Assembly (NCBI GenBank): GCA_047967505.1
Contig: CM106538.1
DNA from: Dipteris shenzhenensis
Lineage: Eukaryota
Length of the DNA stretch: 64,000 nt
Strand: one strand, 5' to 3'
Shown: positions 38,264-51,597 of the stretch, piece after piece
How positions within the stretch are numbered: position 1 is the stretch's first letter
Layout: each line of letters opens with the position of its first letter
Program-made: the position numbers and the translations under genes
The notes under the pieces: model-generated
The model's database searches: none
What the model was told of the DNA's origin: nothing
The model's input: the letters and a program-made list of their open reading frames with translations, nothing else

Positions 38264-38943
38264 TGTCTTAGAGGGAAAGTGGGAGAAGGAGAGTGAGGGA
38301 GCAATAGCGAGGGATGCACAGTGAGCTGCCCCTCCTTCAAGAGTGATAGAAAGTGAGGGAAGACGTAAAGTGAAAGATGAATACAAGTTAATCAGAAGGA
38401 CTAGGATGTAAGAAATAAGAGAGTGTTTGTGGAAGGACTACGATGGAAGATTACAAGTGCACTAAGGCACGATGTGTTCACCATGATAAGGATAAGGGTT
38501 GGAATAAAGTGAGAGAAGCATTGGAAATGCTCTACTTTAAGTGAGTGGAGACTGTCCAACTGAATAAAATTTTGCAGAGCATTGGGAATGCTATACTTTA
38601 AGTGAGTGGAGCATTGGGAATGGATACTTTGCCATGAAATATATTACAAATATTACATCATCACATATTCATATCAAAATTCTCATCACAGAAGGTTATA
38701 TTTCCTAATAATCACATCATCACACATTCATATCATAAAATTGTGTGCATGAAATAAATATATAAATATCATGACTAAATGGCCACTTAAGTAATAAATC
38801 AGAAATTGGTGTATAATCAACAAAAACTACATCATGATTCATACATTGCAACAAATAAATGTCAACCATAATATTCATGGAGTAAACAACATCATGAGAA
38901 TATGCTCCTCATGCATATATACAAACACAACATGATACATGCA

Positions 38944-41040
38944 TCACAACTCTTCTGATGCTTCTAGTGGAGACTCTGGCAACTCTTCCGATGCTTCCAA
39001 TGGAGGCTATGGTGCTCTAGATGTACACTCAGTCTCTACTTCTTCTGTAGTATGTAGTGCTTTTGGAGTAGACTCAGTATCCTCTTCCTTAAATGCAAGC
39101 AGAGGCTGTGGCAACTCTTCTGATGCTTCCAGTGGAGGCTGTGGTACTGTAGGTGTACACTGGGTCTCTACTTCTTCTGTAGTGTGTAGTGCTTTCACAG
39201 TAGACTCAGTCTCCTCTTCCTTAAATGCAAGCTCTGATATTGCTTCAGTTGTACGTTGTATTCTAATGGCAGCAATTAGGTCTCGAATGATTTCAGCCCT
39301 AAACAATTGTATATCCTCCTCTAAATATTTGAGCTCCAAAGAGTCTTCTGATGAGATCTGTGGCTTAAGTGAGAAAATTTCTTTGAAAATCAACATGCAG
39401 TTGTAGGCAACTCTCCACCCACGACTATGCCCATCTTCCTGCTCTACTACTAAATGCTTTTGGAAGTCTACCGAGTCTTTGTACTATCCTGTTTCTCTGA
39501 TAGCAAATACCAACTTCTCAATCGACCTGCTCATCATGACATATTAAAAAAACTTAGTGTGTCTATTACATAAGGTACATAATATAGAAGTAACAACAGA
39601 TTAATAGTTTGCACTGAGCCATGAAAGCCTGCAATCGAGTTAACAAACCAACAATAGTTGTCTTCAAGGTCCCAAACCACCAGACTCCAATGTTCCCTAC
39701 ACTAATAATTAAGAACCATTATTATTTAACACAATGTTGCCAGTATAAGATGAAAATAAAGGTTGCCATGATATTTACATCTCATGATATGCCATAAATA
39801 GGACTCACACGCCATGTAAATGTAAAGGCTGTAACCATTTACAAACATCGGCTATTGTCTTTCTTCTATCGCTAAGTATAGGAGAAAGGAGGGAATCCAA
39901 CATATACACACGGTTTTGTACGGCTCTACCAAATCGTGAGATAACTATACTGCACCAACAAATAAATGAATATTAGCTTATTAGATTTAATCAAAATATT
40001 GAATTATCAAGCAGAGAAAAAGTTTGTATCAAACCTGAGAATGGCCATCATAACGTTGTTATTGACCTCATTTGAAGCTCTAGAGAGGATTGAAATCTCC
40101 TCTCCCCCAAATTCAAGATACTGAGGTCTATGTTGAATCATAACCCTAACATTAAAAGAGCTTCCCAATTCTTCCAGAATTATAGATGTGGCTGTTCTCT
40201 TGATGTGATACCTGACATGTTATATACTTTATTTGTTGTGCCAAGTCACATTGCCGCATTACTATGTCGATAGCACCTACTAACTTTCAAGCTGATTTGC
40301 ACATCAAAACATATAACAACAGTGAATATGTGCATTGCATATCAATCTACATGTCAAGAAGTGACAACAAGTGTAGTCTATACTTACTCTAACACATTGC
40401 CATGGACGGATGTCATTGAGTTGGCAAAGAAGCACTTCTTCGCAAGGATGTCCATGACTACCAGACTCCAATGTGAGCTGCATTATCAATAAAGAATAAT
40501 TACTGTGTTTGAGACAATTCTAGCAATGCAATAGAAAAAACAAGTAGGGTTTGATGCTTACTTCTCATAATATGCTGTAAAAATAACTCGTGCGTCATTC
40601 ATAGGAATGTGCTTCAACCACAAACATCCTCTATGGTTTCTTCTTTGTTGCTAAGCACTTCCGAAATACGAGGATCAAGCATATATGAAACGCTTTGTAT
40701 ATTTTGCAAAAAATTTGCTATAACATTACTATATTTAAAAAAAAAGAGCTTCTTGGGTTTAATCAAAATAAGCAAAGTATAAAGCCAAGGAAAAGGCTGC
40801 ATCAAACCTGAGGATGGTTGTAATGACTTTGACATTAACCTCTTTCTTAGGATTCAAGAGGATTGAAATCTCTTCTTCACCAAATTCAAAAAAATGAGGT
40901 TGTTGTCGAATTAACAACATAGCGGTGAATGAACTTCCAATCTGCTCCAATAGATTCATATTTTCATGACTCATCTTATTGAGAGAGTAGTCTACATCAT
41001 ATTCTTCTTCACTTGCTATGTCTTCTACATCCTCCTTCTG
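38944..41040 (-). pseudogene. Ulp1/C48 SUMO-protease-like pseudogene with a tandemly duplicated protease N-lobe and an acidic repeat tail
   Basis: Exonic motifs EVNNNVMMAILR, YMLDSLL, EHWSLVVWD..FVNS, EQEDGHS(R for C)GWRV; upstream copy EVNVKVITTILR, YMLDPRI, SHWSLVVMD..FANS; GT-AG introns. Confidence 0.75.
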
Positions 41041-42211
41041 CTATAAAAATATAAAAAAGTTATGTGATGTACACATCCCAAATAAAGGCTTAAACAAGCA
41101 GATAAGGTTTCATACATGCTTTCATTAGAGTGAGTCTCTCCTCTGCTTGGAGCAAAAATTTAAAAAGTAAGGTTTTATACATGCTGCAATGTAGTGCAGC
41201 TCTCTTTCCTCTGGTGACACCCCCTGTAGGCCTTTCCTTCTAAGGTTTCCGAGCCACCCTTTGCTCTCCCTAGTCTTTTGGCTTTCTTCCCAAGCTCTAT
41301 GACCTCTGCCTTCTCCAGCAAGCTCACACCCCACCTTTCGTCACCCCGCAATAGCTTCCTCTTCCTAGAACATGCGCGTCACTCTTTTGCCCTCAGAAGT
41401 TTGCCACATCAGTGCATGATTGCCAGCTCCTCCTCATTCTCTAGCAGTCGTGTACTCTCTTGGGACCTCCACTCTCCAAACTCCTCCACCTCTGCTCCTT
41501 CTGTGAGCCCCTCCATTGCTCAGTCCCTCCCTTTCCCCTTTCCACCGAGCTCATGATCTCCTTTTAGCATCCCTCCACGAGTCGCATCTCCACGTTCTCG
41601 CCTCATCCATCCAGAAGCTCCTCCTTATTCTCACGTAGCCACAACTCATGCATGCTTTTTTTATTATAGCCACATCATCACGTGGAATTTACCACTCTCC
41701 ATAAAAATGCAAATACCTCCCAAGGCACATTTTGGACCTTTTGGTCACACAATTCTCATACACATTAGCATGCACATTAAGACTTGCATGCACCCCCGCA
41801 CACGCTCATGAAAAGCCCCTTGACATGGACACCAGAACATATCAAATTCTTGTAACATGCAAGACCATATTGACTTAGGAAAATGTAAAAAAACCCTTCA
41901 TAACTTGACTTTATATGGCCCCAAAGACATTTCACTTGACCACACACTGGACACCCTTGCTCTGGAAGTCTGGTACAACCACATTGCTTTTCATCATCTC
42001 CCAAAAGTCCCTGTAGAAGTTTCTACCATCTAGACATTAGTGTAGAGTCTTTTATGGGAGTGTTGAGAACTCAAAGCCACCACCAACTAGCTATATACAT
42101 AGCTATGCATCTACCATCAGCATGCAACAAGTAAAAAACATATTTACACTTTTGTCCACACAATGTGTTGGAGGCCGTTCTCCTAAGTTTTTGAAAGAAC
42201 TCTGTAGAACC

Positions 42212-42926
42212 TGTAAGAAAACAATACAATGTCTGTGCTCAACACATAATAGGATCTTGTATGTAAGAGAGAAAACAAATAGTATGGAGAATCAAAAATT
42301 TGATTACTGTAGAACTGATACAATAGATGGTGCTGCCTCCCAGCCGTGCGCTTTTATGAGAGAAGCTTCGATGGCATGCTGGAAAAAGTAGAGGATGGAG
42401 GCTGGATGCTAAGGAATCAGGGTTGCTATAGCCAGTGATGAAATGGGCTTCACGGGCTTGCTCTTATATAGCCACCACTAGTAGTCGGTTAGACCCAATT
42501 GGGTGACTGACCCAATCTGCCCAAACCGGCTGACCCGGTCCCGAAATAGGCCATCGACCACACGACAGGACTGGTGTGCAAAATAGAGCAACTAACCTAT
42601 AGTCTCCATTCGACCCACAGCCATCCGAGATCATCTGGGGCTCCAAACAGGGCCTAGAACCCGCGAGTGGGCTGCTTTGAGAAATGCTCTGTCTACCCTC
42701 AGTGCAGTCAGTCATGGGATGCCTTCCCGCACTTGCATGTAGCCTAGTTGGCAGTGTGCCAACTCCGTCCAGCCATCAGGCCACACATGGCCCCCATCTA
42801 GTATCCAAACCAAGACCTACCAGATAACCGTGCTACTCAAATGCCTTCTCCTCATATGGGGGGCTTACAAGTAGAGTTAGCTGGTTCCTGCATAGTTACA
42901 CGAGAGTGGAGCATTGATATCTAACA
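42212..42926 (-). mobile_element. Solo LTR, 715 bp, TSD GAACC
   Basis: TGTAAG...CTAACA flanked by GAACC at 42207-42211 and 42927-42931. Confidence 0.85.
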
Positions 42927-43405
42927 GAACCGTATTGCTTCATATTATACGTTTATACTTTCCTTATGTGGATACTATTGGTTGTCCTTGTTGTATGATG
43001 ACAAGTCTACTAAGCCAAGGGTGAACAAAAAATCATGGGTACATCCTTGATCATTTACGTTATCAAACTAATTTGCTCTAATTTAAATTAGTATTGTTGG
43101 TACATATGTCATGATGTGATGATGCATAATATGAAATAGTTATAAGTGTTTTGAGTTATATGGTATGATGTATGTATGAGTGTGATAATCTTGAAGAGAA
43201 GAGATAAGAAACCATTGTATGGAGAAAGATTATATGGAGGAATATGAAGAAGATGGTTGATTGATATCCAAATCATAAAAAGAAGGGAGCTTATTCACAT
43301 TTGATGCAATTAATCCAATAATACATAATCATTCTATGTATACCAATGGAACTAAGCAAGATGTTCATGCTTAGTAGTAGCATAAGAGAATTGGTGATGT
43401 TAATT

Positions 43406-43692
43406 AGACTCCTTCCCTCTCTCCCACTATCTTCACATGGTATCAGAGCCTTGTTCGTGGTAAGGAGCTCAAGAAAGCAAGCCAAGTTCGTGGTGTCCTG
43501 GTAAGAGGACCAGTGTTGCTTTCCTATTTCGAGTTTGGGAGCAAATCTCTGCAGGTAGCACAGCCAGAAGTGCAGGAGTGCACTGTTTCAAATTGAGATG
43601 CCCTTCGCGGTGTGGCGAGAGCGCAGTATATGCTTTGAGGCCATTTCGGGGCCCGTTTTGGAGGCGGAAGTTCTCCGCAGGCACTCAGAAAA
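43406..43692 (+). mobile_element. Copia family fragment (LTR 3' end, PBS, 5' UTR; D-like)
   Basis: Near-identical to ~30435-30710, including TGGTATCAGAGC. Confidence 0.9.
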
Positions 43693-43699
43693 AAGTGGT

Positions 43700-44135
43700 T
43701 GAAGGACATGAAAGGAAAAGACATTGTAAGAGGCACAACTATGTTTGGGCAGTTGGATTTTAGTCATGTATGCAAGGCTTGTCAGCTTGGCAAGCAAACA
43801 AGACTCTCATTCCCATGAGAGAGATGATCATCCATTATCCTTTAGATTTGGTTCAAAGTGACATTTAGGAGCCATGTGAGAATTCATCCATGTCAAGTGG
43901 TGCACAATATTATATTATATCACATTTATTGAAGATTTCAGCACATATACATGTGTGTATTTCTTGACGAATCAAAGTGATGTATTTTGAACATTAAGGT
44001 TATGTCTAAGAAACAATTAGGATGTTACATAAAATGCCTAAGGACATATGGAGGAGGACATCATCTCTCAGGTGAGAGTTGATGCATATATACAAGATTA
44101 TAGCATTAAAAGACATGCCACATGCACGGATACGC
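43700..44135 (+). mobile_element. Degraded Copia integrase fragment (different family)
   Basis: HVCKACQLGKQTR, PLDLVQSD, TFIEDFS..VYFL. Confidence 0.7.
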
Positions 44136-44139
44136 CAAT

Positions 44140-44905
44140 CAGTCTATGCCCTTGCAACCCACTCATCCATGGGAAGCTTTTCAGAGATGGGGTTTGGACT
44201 TTGTTGGTCCTCTCAAGCCAGCCAAGTTCACTTAGAATAGATACATCATTGTAGGCATTGACTATGCTACTAAGTGGGCAGAATCTAAGGCACTCCGAGA
44301 CAACTCAGCTCAGAGGACTATAAGTTCACTTTTGAGAATATCATTTGCAAATATGGATGCCCTTTGCAACTGTCACTGACCAAGGTACACATTTTCTTAA
44401 TGATGTCCTCATGGTAATGGTGAAGCTGAGTCAACCAACAAGACATTTAAGTTGATACTCACTAAAAGAGTACAATTAGCTAAGGGTGAATGGGATACAA
44501 AACTACATTCTCCTTTGTGGGCCTATCGAACCACTTACAAGGTGAGTACAAATCTTACACCCTTTTCATGGGCCTTTGGCTGGAAGCACTTGTTTCCTTA
44601 GAATTTATTGTTCCAAGTCTTTGGATTGCTACTGAGCATCACTTAGATGAGCCAGAAGCAATCAAGGTGAGATTGCATCAAATAAGCCACTTGGATGAGT
44701 TACGCCTCCGAGTAGCCTGGTCATAGCTGGTGATATAGCATAGGAGAAAGGCCTGGTATGATTAGCACATTGTGCCTAAGCATTTCAATAAGGGCATGCT
44801 CGTGTTACTCTACAATGCTAAGTTGGGGCCTATCAAAATAAATTTCAAGTTGGGTTGGGAATGGACCCTTTCAGCTAGTTGAAGTTTTTGACAATGGGAT
44901 AGTTC
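44140..44905 (+). mobile_element. Degraded Gypsy integrase fragment
   Basis: AFQRWGLDFVGP, IDYATKWAE, TDQGTHFLN, LWAYRTT, RKAWYD. Confidence 0.8.
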
Positions 44906-45999
44906 AGAGGCCTAAATTTAAGACTACAAAAGACATTTAAAAAAGACATGTAGTCCTTATGGTTTGCTAACATTTTCAAGGAAATTGAAAAGTGTGTACA
45001 ATGGTATTTCAAAGAAGTGCAAGTGAATCACTTCTGTGTCAATGCCTATAGTTTCATCATAATCAAGGTCATTGTCTTGACTTGATGATGATTCAAAACT
45101 AGATAATCCATCGGCCTTGGCACCATTAGCAAGAACACTCTCTTTCTCTTTGTGAAGACCTAACATGCACCTTCCATTTGTGATTGTGTGAGTCTAGAGG
45201 AGAATCAATTAGCAAGATATGTGGCATAGGATGGAATCTTCTCAAATCAAATGTCTATTATCTTCTTCCTGAAGCATCCATCATTTGTAAGTTAAAACCA
45301 TAAATAAGTATGTTGACATCTTTGAGATCAAGAACACCTAATCATGGATAGTTTTGGGTGCCCGTTCTTTCCCTTATTCTTTTTATACATGCAACGGATT
45401 CAAGAACATATTTCCCTAAATTCAATGTATTAGCTTGTGTAGTCTCAAACTGTTGCACAAAAATGGAACTAAGTTGCACTGATTTGTTCAAGTTAGTACA
45501 ACTTAGCTCCTTTTTCATGCAATGGTTTAGGAATACACATGCTAATCCATTGAAAGGGAAAATATGTTCCCGAATTAGTTGCCACACACTAATCTATTGA
45601 AAACAAAATATGTTCCTATGTCGACCCCTTGTATTTTTTTAATGTGGATGATAAGGCTACTATTGGCTATCCTTAACCTCAAGGGGTTCACTTAGAAATA
45701 TGTAATTGTAGCTCGTGGGTTCAACAAAACGAGTTTTTGAAATACCAATTGTACACATTTTTCACATACATAAGGGCATCATATAACGTGTGTATGAACA
45801 TAGATTGAATCGAAAAGGATCCATTTTATTGATGAAAAATTTATAAGATAAGGGGTTTTACAAATAGGCCTTGAATGCATGTTATATCTAGGGCTTATAC
45901 ATAGTGAACCCCCTGAGTTCTTAACTAAGCCAAGTTATTTTACACTATAGTGTGTTAAAAAAATCACCCATTGAAACTTTATTGGTATAATCCAAATGA

Positions 46000-47240
46000 C
46001 CATATGAATCTAGCTCCAGAAGCTCCACATCCCTTGGCAACTAGTGCAAACCAAGTTGCACTAGAGCCCATTGTTGTATCCCAACAAGTGGTGCAAATCC
46101 AGTAAAGAAACAACAAGAAGTAGTAGAGAAAAAATTGGATTTAAAGGCTGAATGTATGGGAACAAAATCTTGGTGTCGAGAAATATTGCCAATACTATCT
46201 TTAAAATGACCATTAAATTGGCTTGAATTATGATCTGTGGTGCAAACATAGGCAAGAGTGGGGTATTACAATTGTTAGGTTTGGGAATAATTTGCTAAAA
46301 AAGAATGGAACCTGATTTAGTGCAATAGCTTCCACAAGTGAAACCTATTATCATTGAAGAAATTTCAAATGTATTTGTCTCAATTTATTTGATGTGCATG
46401 TGCAATGTGATTGTTCAACACATGTATAGATTGAGAAAATGCCTGATGCACCAAAAAAGGTCTGGATTCTTGTAGATACTTGTTCCAAAAGAATAGTTTC
46501 AATTCCAAAGATGACAAAATCAAAGGTAAACACATCAGTTGGAAGGAAGAAGAAGAAGTGAGAACAAAGTCTTGTAGGATATTACAAAAGGTGGATACAA
46601 CCAAAGAATTGTGGTGAACAGTAATAGTAATATAACAACACAAGATACAATCCACTAAGGAATATTAGTTGGTGCTAGGAAATCAATTCCACGAAATCTT
46701 GGGGGTGCAAGGCAACGGCATGAACTTTGGAAAAAAAGAACCTATTCATAGATTTGTATCAGGAACAAGCTCAAAATATAGTAGATAGACCAACTACTAC
46801 ACATGGTGCTAGAAGTCCGAAAGAATTTGGCAAATCTAGAAGAGCAACAAAACCAGCACAGAAACAATTAGACTTGAATACCGAATGCATGGGGACAAAG
46901 TTCTGGTGTTAATAAAGATTTCAAATACTACCTTGAAAATGGCCATTAGGATGGCTAGGGGATTGCACTCTTTGGAGCAAACATAGGCAAGAGTGGGGTA
47001 TTTCAATTGTTCAATTTCGAATAATTCTTAAAGAGAATGGCAGCAAAATACAATGCAACAGGCTTCATAAGTGAGTGATGTGATCATTGAAGAAATGTTA
47101 AACATATCTCATAAGAAACTACAATCAATTTAATTGATGCGCATATGCAATGTGACTATTTGACATGTATACAAATTGAGAAAAGGTTAGATGAGCCATA
47201 AAAGGTCATGATTCTTACAGTTACTCATTCCAAGGGAATC
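46000..47240 (-). mobile_element. Two diverged tandem copies of a probable LINE ORF1-like segment
   Basis: ~46130-46500 is paralogous to ~46870-47240 (GCAAACATAGGCAAGAGTGGGGTATT in both); YPTLAYVC..GH motif. Confidence 0.35.
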
Positions 47241-47589
47241 TAGACTGCTATAGGAGAGAAGGGAGTGCTGATGATTGGGGAGAAGGGACTCCCGATGATT
47301 AGGGAGAAGAGCCTCCTGATGATTGGGGAGAAGGCTGGTGGCTCTGTGGCCTGTTGGGCCGTCTCAACTCCACAGGAGTAATCTTAGTTGGTGTGGGTAT
47401 GGGGTGGTTTGGAGTTTGTACTGCCGACTCCTGGGGGGTGTTTTGAGTACTCTTGATGTATGTGTATAACTCTTGAGGGGTGGGATGGTGTCCCCAAATG
47501 TTATATAATTGCTGTAATACGGCATCCCGAAGACAGGCGAGGCCTTGAAGAGCTTCCTAGCCACATGATGAACTGCAAAAAAGAAGAGA

Positions 47590-48295
47590 GGAAGATTTCC
47601 ATCATGCATGCCCTCTTTCCATCATGCATGCAATCCCTGATTTCCATCATGCATGCCCTCTTTCCATCATGCCATGATTTCCATCATGCATGTCCTCTTT
47701 CCATTATGCATGCAATCCCATGATTCCCATCATGTACACCCTCTTTCTTTATCTTGCCCTCATGCTGCAGTCCAATTTTTCTCATGCAATCACTTATTTA
47801 CATCATTCATGCAATCCCTTATTTCCTCACGAATGCTTAAGTCATTGAAAATTTGACTTAAACATGCATACAAGGGAAAGGAGAAAGAAAAGAGAAGGGA
47901 GGATGGGAGAATGGAAGGAGGAGAGAGAACGGAAGGAGAAGGGGGAATGGATTAAGGAGAAGGGAGATGGGAAGGGGAAGGGCATTTCCATCATGCATGC
48001 CCTCTTTCTTTATCCCACCCTCATGCTACAGTCCAATTTCCCTCATGGAATCACTTATTTCCATCATTCATGCAATCCCTTATTTCCTTACGAATGCTTA
48101 TGGCATTGAAAATTTGACTTAAACATGCATGCAAGGGAAAGGAGAAAGGAAAGAGAAGGGAGGATGGGAGAATGGAAGGAGGAGGGAGAATAGACAGAGA
48201 AGGGGGAATGGATTAAGGAGAAGGGAGATGGGAAGGGGAAAGGGAAAGGGAAGGGGAAGGGGAAGGGGAAAGGGAAAGGGAAGGGGAAGGGGAAA
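47590..48295. repeat. TTTCCATCATGCATG repeats plus a ~260-bp direct duplication ending in (GGGAAG)n
   Basis: ~47720-47980 resembles ~47985-48240. Confidence 0.75.
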
Positions 48296-48304
48296 AATGT
48301 ATGT

Positions 48305-50150
48305 CAGAGCGCATCTATAGATGCGGCAAATAGTGTGTCTATAGGCATGGCTACACTGTTTTCTATAATGGTTGACATGCTATTAGACACACTGTTAGAT
48401 GCACTCCGACAAACACTTTTCGACAAAAAGTTAAAAACATGTGCCCGACCCCAAAAAGAACAAAAGTACCAAAAACATCCTTTCCCTGCATATGACAAAG
48501 GACGAATCTAAAGAGAACAACTTCCAGGGAAGACCAACTGACAAGAGACTTACCTTGGAAAGAGGTATGGAAGCTTTTTGTCTTTCTTCAAAGCTTCCTC
48601 TCCTTCTTCTCTTGTGGCTTCCTTGTGAGTTTGGGTGCCTGGAGCTGTGTGTATATGCTTGGAGACCTATGTATTGAAAGGAAAGCAAGCACGGCGAAGT
48701 GAGGAAATGAGCAAAATGTAGGTTTAAAAACCAATCCGCCCATCTAAAAGTGCATCTAACAACACATCTACACTGTGTTTTAGATGTGCCTATAGACGGG
48801 TTCCATAGTACAGACGCACCTATAGACGGACTTTTAGACATGCTATAGAGTTTTCTCTTTAAATACTCAAGCAAGAACACATTTATTGGGTTGCTTATCT
48901 GTAGGATGTCTTCATCTTCAACAAGTACCTCCAGTGAGGATGAATCCCTCTGTATCCACCATCAAGGAATTTGATTGGAGCAAAAAATCAAATGTATGTG
49001 TGATCTATGTCGAGGAAACATGTATCGTAAATTACAGTTAATCACATCTCAAAGTACGAAGAATGGGATGCGACCATATCCATGGTAAGTGTTAAAGCAT
49101 TGAGGTTGATTGAGATACCTATGGGTGTTCATGTGTTTTATATACGATCCTTTTTTAATTTGATATAGGATGCAGTGCCACACCCACATATGTTGCCCTA
49201 TGCTCATCATGAGGAGGCAAAGCGTCGACGATATGAGGTGGGATCTTCAGGAGGGACCGTTATGGATGCATGGAGTGATGGTGATAGTAGCCCTCCACCA
49301 TTACCTCATGAGGCCATGGAGGAGCTATTTGATGATATGGTGTGAGATTTATTTGCCCATCAGTCCTCAGGTATGGATGATAGCATGGAGCAAGACAATC
49401 TTTTTATTGTAGCATCGACACCAGTGTTTGAGGGGTGCACATTCTTTGTTCTACATGCCTCGCTTGAGTTACTAAACTTGCAGACCAGGAGCAATGCAAG
49501 TTTGAATGCATTACTCAAGTAAGCTTTAAAGTCTATATTGCAAACGTGGTGAATTATGCTAGTGGGATGATGATCATGGCCATGGAGGTGATGATGATCA
49601 TGATACGAGAGAGGAGGATATCATGAGAGAGGAGATACAGATATTCAGGCCATTACCTAAGAGGATGAGCCTACCATTGGTGATGCTAATTTCGATGAGC
49701 ACAGTAGCACAAGTAGTAGTGGGCTGAATGTATTTGTAGATATCAACATTTGTTTGGATATTGAAGTAGATAGTTTGGCAAGGGTTGATCTCATTGATGA
49801 TGAGATCGAATCGTAGCCCATCATTGATATTGGCAAAACTATTTTATATATTGCCTCATTCTCCTCACCTCACTTAATTTTTGTATATGTGGGTTTGCCA
49901 AAAAGCATTGATATTTTTATTAAAATTATGTGCTTTGGTAATCATGGGCAATGTTTGGAAAGCAGTGATGCACATTTATTAGCCTGCAACAAAATTTTAC
50001 TCTCTGTATTCTTTGCTACGTGTTTATAAATGCGTCTAAATATGCATCTAAAAGATAGTGTAGACGTGCTAATAACCGCACTATTAGATGCGCTAATAGT
50101 TGCGCTCATATTTTCACTAATTATAAATGCACCTATAGATGCGCCCACTA
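48305..50150 (+). mobile_element. Internally deleted CACTA/EnSpm derivative
   Basis: Palindromic GCA(T/C)CTATAGATGC subterminal-type repeats at both ends; Tnp2 N-terminal remnants KCMCDLCRGN and ASTPVFEGCT..LHASLELLNLQT..SNASLNALLK. Confidence 0.55.
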
Positions 50151-50153
50151 TTT

Positions 50154-51597
50154 TGTGCGGGCACAGCTAGAGAGCACACCACAAATGACTAATTGTACAC
50201 TAGATTTAGTTGAAAATGTAGAATATATACAAACCCATTTAGGGTTAGGGTTGGGCATCTAACCCTTTCCTTTGTAGCACTCTATTGGGTTAGTGCTATG
50301 CACATATGATCACATGATGTTGAGCATGATCTCTCAACACCTTCCCTCAAGATCAACATCATCAAGTAGGCCTTCCCTGAAGATTAAGATTATGGAGAAT
50401 TGAAGAAGGACTAAGCATTACATTCCATCACACTCCTTTAATGGGAATGTCCTTCCTCTGTGTCAAACCAAGAGCTAGTCAGTGTTTCTTGAAAAACTCT
50501 TTACCGAGTGGTTTGGTAAAGATGTCTGCAACATTCTCTTTGCTATCACAATGCTATAGTGTGATGTCACCAAGTAACACTCTTTCTTTGATGAAGTGCT
50601 CTGTGACATCAATGTGCTTTGTCCTGGAGTGATATACTAGATTCTTGGCAAATGCTTGAGCCGATTGATTATCATAGTATATTGTTGTTGGATTTGACTC
50701 ATCAAAGTAATCTTTTTCTAATAATAGTCTTCTGAGCCATATAGCTTCACATGCACCTGTAGTGAGTGCCCTATATTCTTCTTTAGTCAGAGACAAAGAA
50801 ACAGTTTATTGTTTGTTTGACAACCATGATATAGCACCTTGACCAAGGAAAAATGCATATTCCTATGTGGATCTCCTAGTCTCATGATCTACGTCATAGT
50901 CACAATCACAGTATCCATGCAGCCGTGGATGACTTCCTACGTATTCTATCCCAAATTTTCTTGTACCTATGATGTATCACAAGACTCTTTTGGCTGCATT
51001 CCAGTGAGACTGTTTTGGATTTGCCATAAACTATGCTAGTGAACTTACTGCATAACAAATATCTGGCCATGTGATAGTTATATAAGAGATTCGATGAGCT
51101 TCCTATAGTACCTGTCATTAACTTTAGGATTTTTTGAATCTTTAGTAAGTTTCAAACTCTGTTCCATGGGAGTGGCTGCAATCTTGCAATCTACCATATG
51201 AAACTTCTTCAGGAGGTTGTCAACATACTTGAGCTGAGTCATGAATGTGCTAAGTCAGAACTCAATAGCAAGACAATAGTTAATAAGTTCAAGAATCTTT
51301 CATGTCAAACTCTACAGATAAGTCTTATTTTATCTTTCTGAGATGAAGCTATCCTTGCTTCCGGTCACATTCATATCATCTACATACAAAAGTGCAATAA
51401 TAATGTCTTCCCATTGAACTTTGTAGTAGAGAGTATGATCTGCATTGGACTTCATGCATCTCAGATTAACAAATTACTTATCGATTCTGCTATACCAACT
51501 TTTGGGTGCTTGCTTTAAGCCGTAGAGACTTTTCTTGAGATGGCAGACCTTATTCTCCTTTCCTGGCTCAACATAACCTACTGGTTGTTGCATGTAA
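50154..51597 (-). mobile_element. Copia RT-RNase H remnant with PPT and short 3' LTR (from 50339 leftwards), different family
   Basis: [52 protein letters not shown] then TGTTGAGA on the minus strand. Confidence 0.85.

Noticed and set aside
41777-42110. Retroelement RNase H remnant (W..MLQEFD)
   Set aside because: A single short motif with no supporting context
50138-50170. Helitron 3' end (GC hairpin plus CTAG)
   Set aside because: Weak hairpin, not followed by T, and overlaps the CACTA/Copia LTR junction
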